This document shows, piece after piece, positions 8,724 to 10,743 of a DNA stretch of 10,743 nucleotides. Both the position numbers and the translations under genes were made by a program. The notes under the pieces were generated by a model. It ran no database searches. It was not told the DNA's origin and saw nothing but the letters and a program-made list of their open reading frames with translations. This DNA comes from Azolla caroliniana (taxonomy: Eukaryota > Plantae > Polypodiophyta), in the NCBI GenBank assembly GCA_043228905.1, contig JBHGNT010001235.1, positions 1-10,743 of the forward strand. Direction: 5' to 3'. Each line of letters begins with the position of its first letter. Within the stretch, counting starts at the first letter, position 1.

Positions 8724-9354
8724 TGAGGTGAAGATTTTGTATGAACAATAAGATAAAGAGGAAATCAGTGCACGTTTCATCGTGCACTACCACTCCCACA
8801 CAAACATGTCTAATTTAGCTACCAATGCACTATTAGTTGGCCTTCAGTAGTAGCATGCACTGGTGAGATCCGGAAGAGATCCGGAAACCGGAGGAGAGCC
8901 GGTGAGAACCGGAAGAGAAGACATATTTGTAATTATGTTTTGAATAAGCCTATTGAGGCTATATTTGTAAATAGCCCTAAGTCCATATAAGTATAAATAT
9001 GACTTAGGGAAACCATTTCAGGTGTGTGTGTGAGTTATTGTTGTCATACAGTTGTACAGAGAGAGCGGGAGAGAGCGGGAGAGAGTGAGATACAGAGCAA
9101 TACTTTGTTGTAACCGCCGATTGGCGAAGATACAGAGCTCAAGGTCATTGCCTCCGAGACTCTAATTGTACTTTTCTCCTATAGTGATAGTTGGAGTCCG
9201 TGGGGTCCCGTGGTTTTTCCCATTTAGGGTTTTCCACGTAAACATCCTGTGTATTTCCTTTGTGTACTTTCCATTTCCCATTTTTGTGCTTCATTCCAAG
9301 TGAAGTGTTCAAGACTCAGTTGTGGTCGAGCAATATTCCACGCTATTCTCGTCA
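8724..9354 (+). repeat. Copia 5' LTR (left bound tentative)
   Basis: Ends ...CTCGTCA 3 nt before the PBS. Proposed start TGAGGTGAAGA matches the reverse complement of the end at 8/11. TATAAATA at 8992-8999. Shares sequence blocks with the solo LTR. Confidence 0.7.
8860..8920 (+). repeat. Short CCGG-cored tandem repeats in the U3 region of the Copia LTR
   Basis: CTGGTGAGAT CCGGAAGAGAT CCGGAAA CCGGAGGAGAG CCGGTGAGAA CCGGAAGAGAA. Confidence 0.8.
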
Positions 9355-9357
9355 ATC

Positions 9358-9369
9358 TAGTATCAGAGC
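9358..9369 (+). other. Copia PBS (initiator Met tRNA), mutated
   Basis: TAGTATCAGAGC versus canonical TGGTATCAGAGC, a G>A change. Confidence 0.88.
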
Positions 9370-9521
9370 AAACAACACAGGAAATGGAAGAATCGTTCGG
9401 CGGCATGTTCAAGCTCACTGGCTCCAACTACTCAGTGTGGAAGTCGAAGATGAGAGATATGCTGGTGGTTAAAGATCTTTGGTTGCGGGTTCAGTTCGGG
9501 GACAAGAGACCAGTTAAGATC

Positions 9522-10136
9522 TGTTGGGATTTCGGTCCCTTCGGATGGGATGGTCGGATGTCGGAGATGAATGCCGACAAGCCCGGTTTCGGTTTCGGAT
9601 CCGGATGACGAAGACCCCGGCTTCGGTGCCGGATGACGAATGTACCCGGAGAGCGATCCGGATGCAGGGACATATCCGTGAATATGTTCGCCATGGGCCC
9701 CTGAGGCCACAGTTGTAAATAGCCCCAAAAGTCATATGTGTATAAATATGACTTAGGGCAAACTGTTTTTGTGCTGCTAATCATTTTTCTGTTTTTCCAC
9801 TCAAGAGGAGTGAAGAGGGAGCAGCCGTGAGAGAGAGAGAGAGAGAGATAGAGCGTGAGAGAGGAAGAGGACTACGCCTCTGTGTATTTCCGCCGCCTGT
9901 GGCGAGGACAGCGAGCTCAAGGTCGTCGCCTTGCAGCTCGCCATTGTGTACTTCTCTTTGTATAGTGTTGGTTTGGAGTCTCGTACTCCCGTGGTTTTTC
10001 CCACCTAGGGTTTTCCACGTTAATCCCTGTGTATACGTGTGTTTCTCTCTGTGGTTCCTATTTTCTGCTGCATTGATTCGCGAGTACTCGGTTGTGGCCG
10101 AGTGGTGAAGGTGAATAGAAGGTTCGATTCCCAACA
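9522..10136 (+). mobile_element. Copia-type solo LTR (615 bp) with 5-bp target-site duplication
   Basis: Perfect 8-bp terminal inverted repeat TGTTGGGA...TCCCAACA. AGATC flanks both sides (9517-9521 and 10137-10141). TATAAATA at 9741-9748. No PBS follows it. Confidence 0.95.
9829..9848 (+). repeat. (GA)10 microsatellite in the solo LTR
   Basis: Directly visible. The equivalent GA-rich tract in the other LTR is at 9058-9090. Confidence 0.9.
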
Positions 10137-10281
10137 AGATCCAAGTCACAATGTGGGAGGTGATGCCCATGAAGACAACGACATACATTCGGTGCTTCAT
10201 TGACATGAGCTTGTACAACAACTTCAATGAAGAGAGCAAGGTTCATGAACTCTGGGAGAAGATCAGCATCATGTTCCAGAA

Positions 10282-10743
10282 CAAAACCGAACCTCCTTCC
10301 GGTTAAGACCATTGATGAGACGGAATGCACCATTGGAGCTGGTGCATACCAATGTGTGTCAAGTGGACACGAAGTCACATGCCGGATCGCAGTACTTCAT
10401 GGCGTTCATAGATGACCACAACCGGAAGCTGTGGGTCTCACCATTGAAGACAAAGGATTAGGTGTTATTCTTTCAAGGAGCTCCACGCGAGAATGGACAG
10501 AGAAACCGATCAGAAGCTGAAGGCGGTTCGAGCAGATAACGGAGGAGAATACCGGGGGCAGTTCGAGGAGTACTAGCAGTCGAAGGGAATCCGGCTCGAG
10601 TTTATTGTGCCGAAGACGCCGGAACTAAACGGGCTAGCCGAAAGGATGAACCGGACCATAATGGAGAGAGTCCAGTGCATGCTAGCACATGCAAAGTTAC
10701 CCAAGACGTTTTGGGCTAAGGCGCTGACGACGGCGACCTATGT
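10282..10743 (+). pseudogene. Copia integrase core (rve), inactivated
   Basis: QNRTSF...PLELVHTNVC (D>N at 10351), FIDDHNRKLWV, stop at 10459, frameshift near 10470, RADNGGEY, stop at 10574, TPELNGLAERMNRTIMERV, LPKTFW. Confidence 0.93.

Larger units (their letters stand above)
9384..10289 (+). pseudogene. gag: Copia gag N-terminus, split by a solo LTR and truncated by a deletion
   Basis: MEESFGGMFKLTGSNYSVWKSKMRDMLVVKDLW...RPVKI (to 9521) resumes in frame at 10142 with QVTMWEVM...YIRCFIDMSLYNNFNEE...LWEKISIMFQNKT once the LTR and one TSD copy are removed. Confidence 0.88.
8724..10743 (+). mobile_element. Decayed Ty1/Copia LTR retrotransposon (possibly Tork/Tnt1-like), continues beyond the window
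   Basis: LTR, Met-i PBS, gag N-terminus, then integrase core with no RT before it. Multiple stops and a frameshift. Confidence 0.9.

Noticed and set aside
8860-8920. CRISPR-like array
   Set aside because: Units are 7-11 bp with no unique spacers or cas genes, and the context is eukaryotic.
8724-10136. TRIM-like mini-element formed by the two similar LTRs
   Set aside because: The second LTR has its own TSD, different termini, no preceding polypurine tract, and interrupts a continuous gag frame.
9224-10415. Cluster of overlapping ORFs on both strands, including the 152-aa ORF 9781-10239
   Set aside because: They span GC-rich LTR sequence, a GA microsatellite and insertion junctions. Only the gag and integrase frames have motifs.

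Overview
Eukaryotic, AT-rich, intron-containing plant DNA with no prokaryotic features. The retroelement proteins look fern-like from memory, which is unverified. (1) Minus strand, 1-5812: an almost intact Ty3/Gypsy LTR retrotransposon (5' LTR, PBS, one 1700-codon gag-pol frame running off the left edge). Its only lesion is one TGA in gag. It carries two RNase H domains: a catalytically dead native one and an intact archaeal-type one. The ORF track misses the main pol frame because it has no stop inside the window. (2) The Gypsy sits next to, and probably inside, a decayed Ty1/Copia fragment (5817-6038). (3) Plus strand, 6143-8430: six exons (TM and kinase) of an LRR-I/malectin-type receptor-like kinase with two frameshifts, probably a pseudogene. 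(4) From about 8724 to the end: a decayed Copia element (LTR, Met-i PBS, gag, integrase) with a related solo LTR nested in gag (AGATC target-site duplication) and an apparent microhomology-mediated internal deletion. The most unusual signals are the dual-RNase-H architecture on an Athila-like RT and a 121-bp, three-box dyad-symmetric site in the Gypsy LTR.
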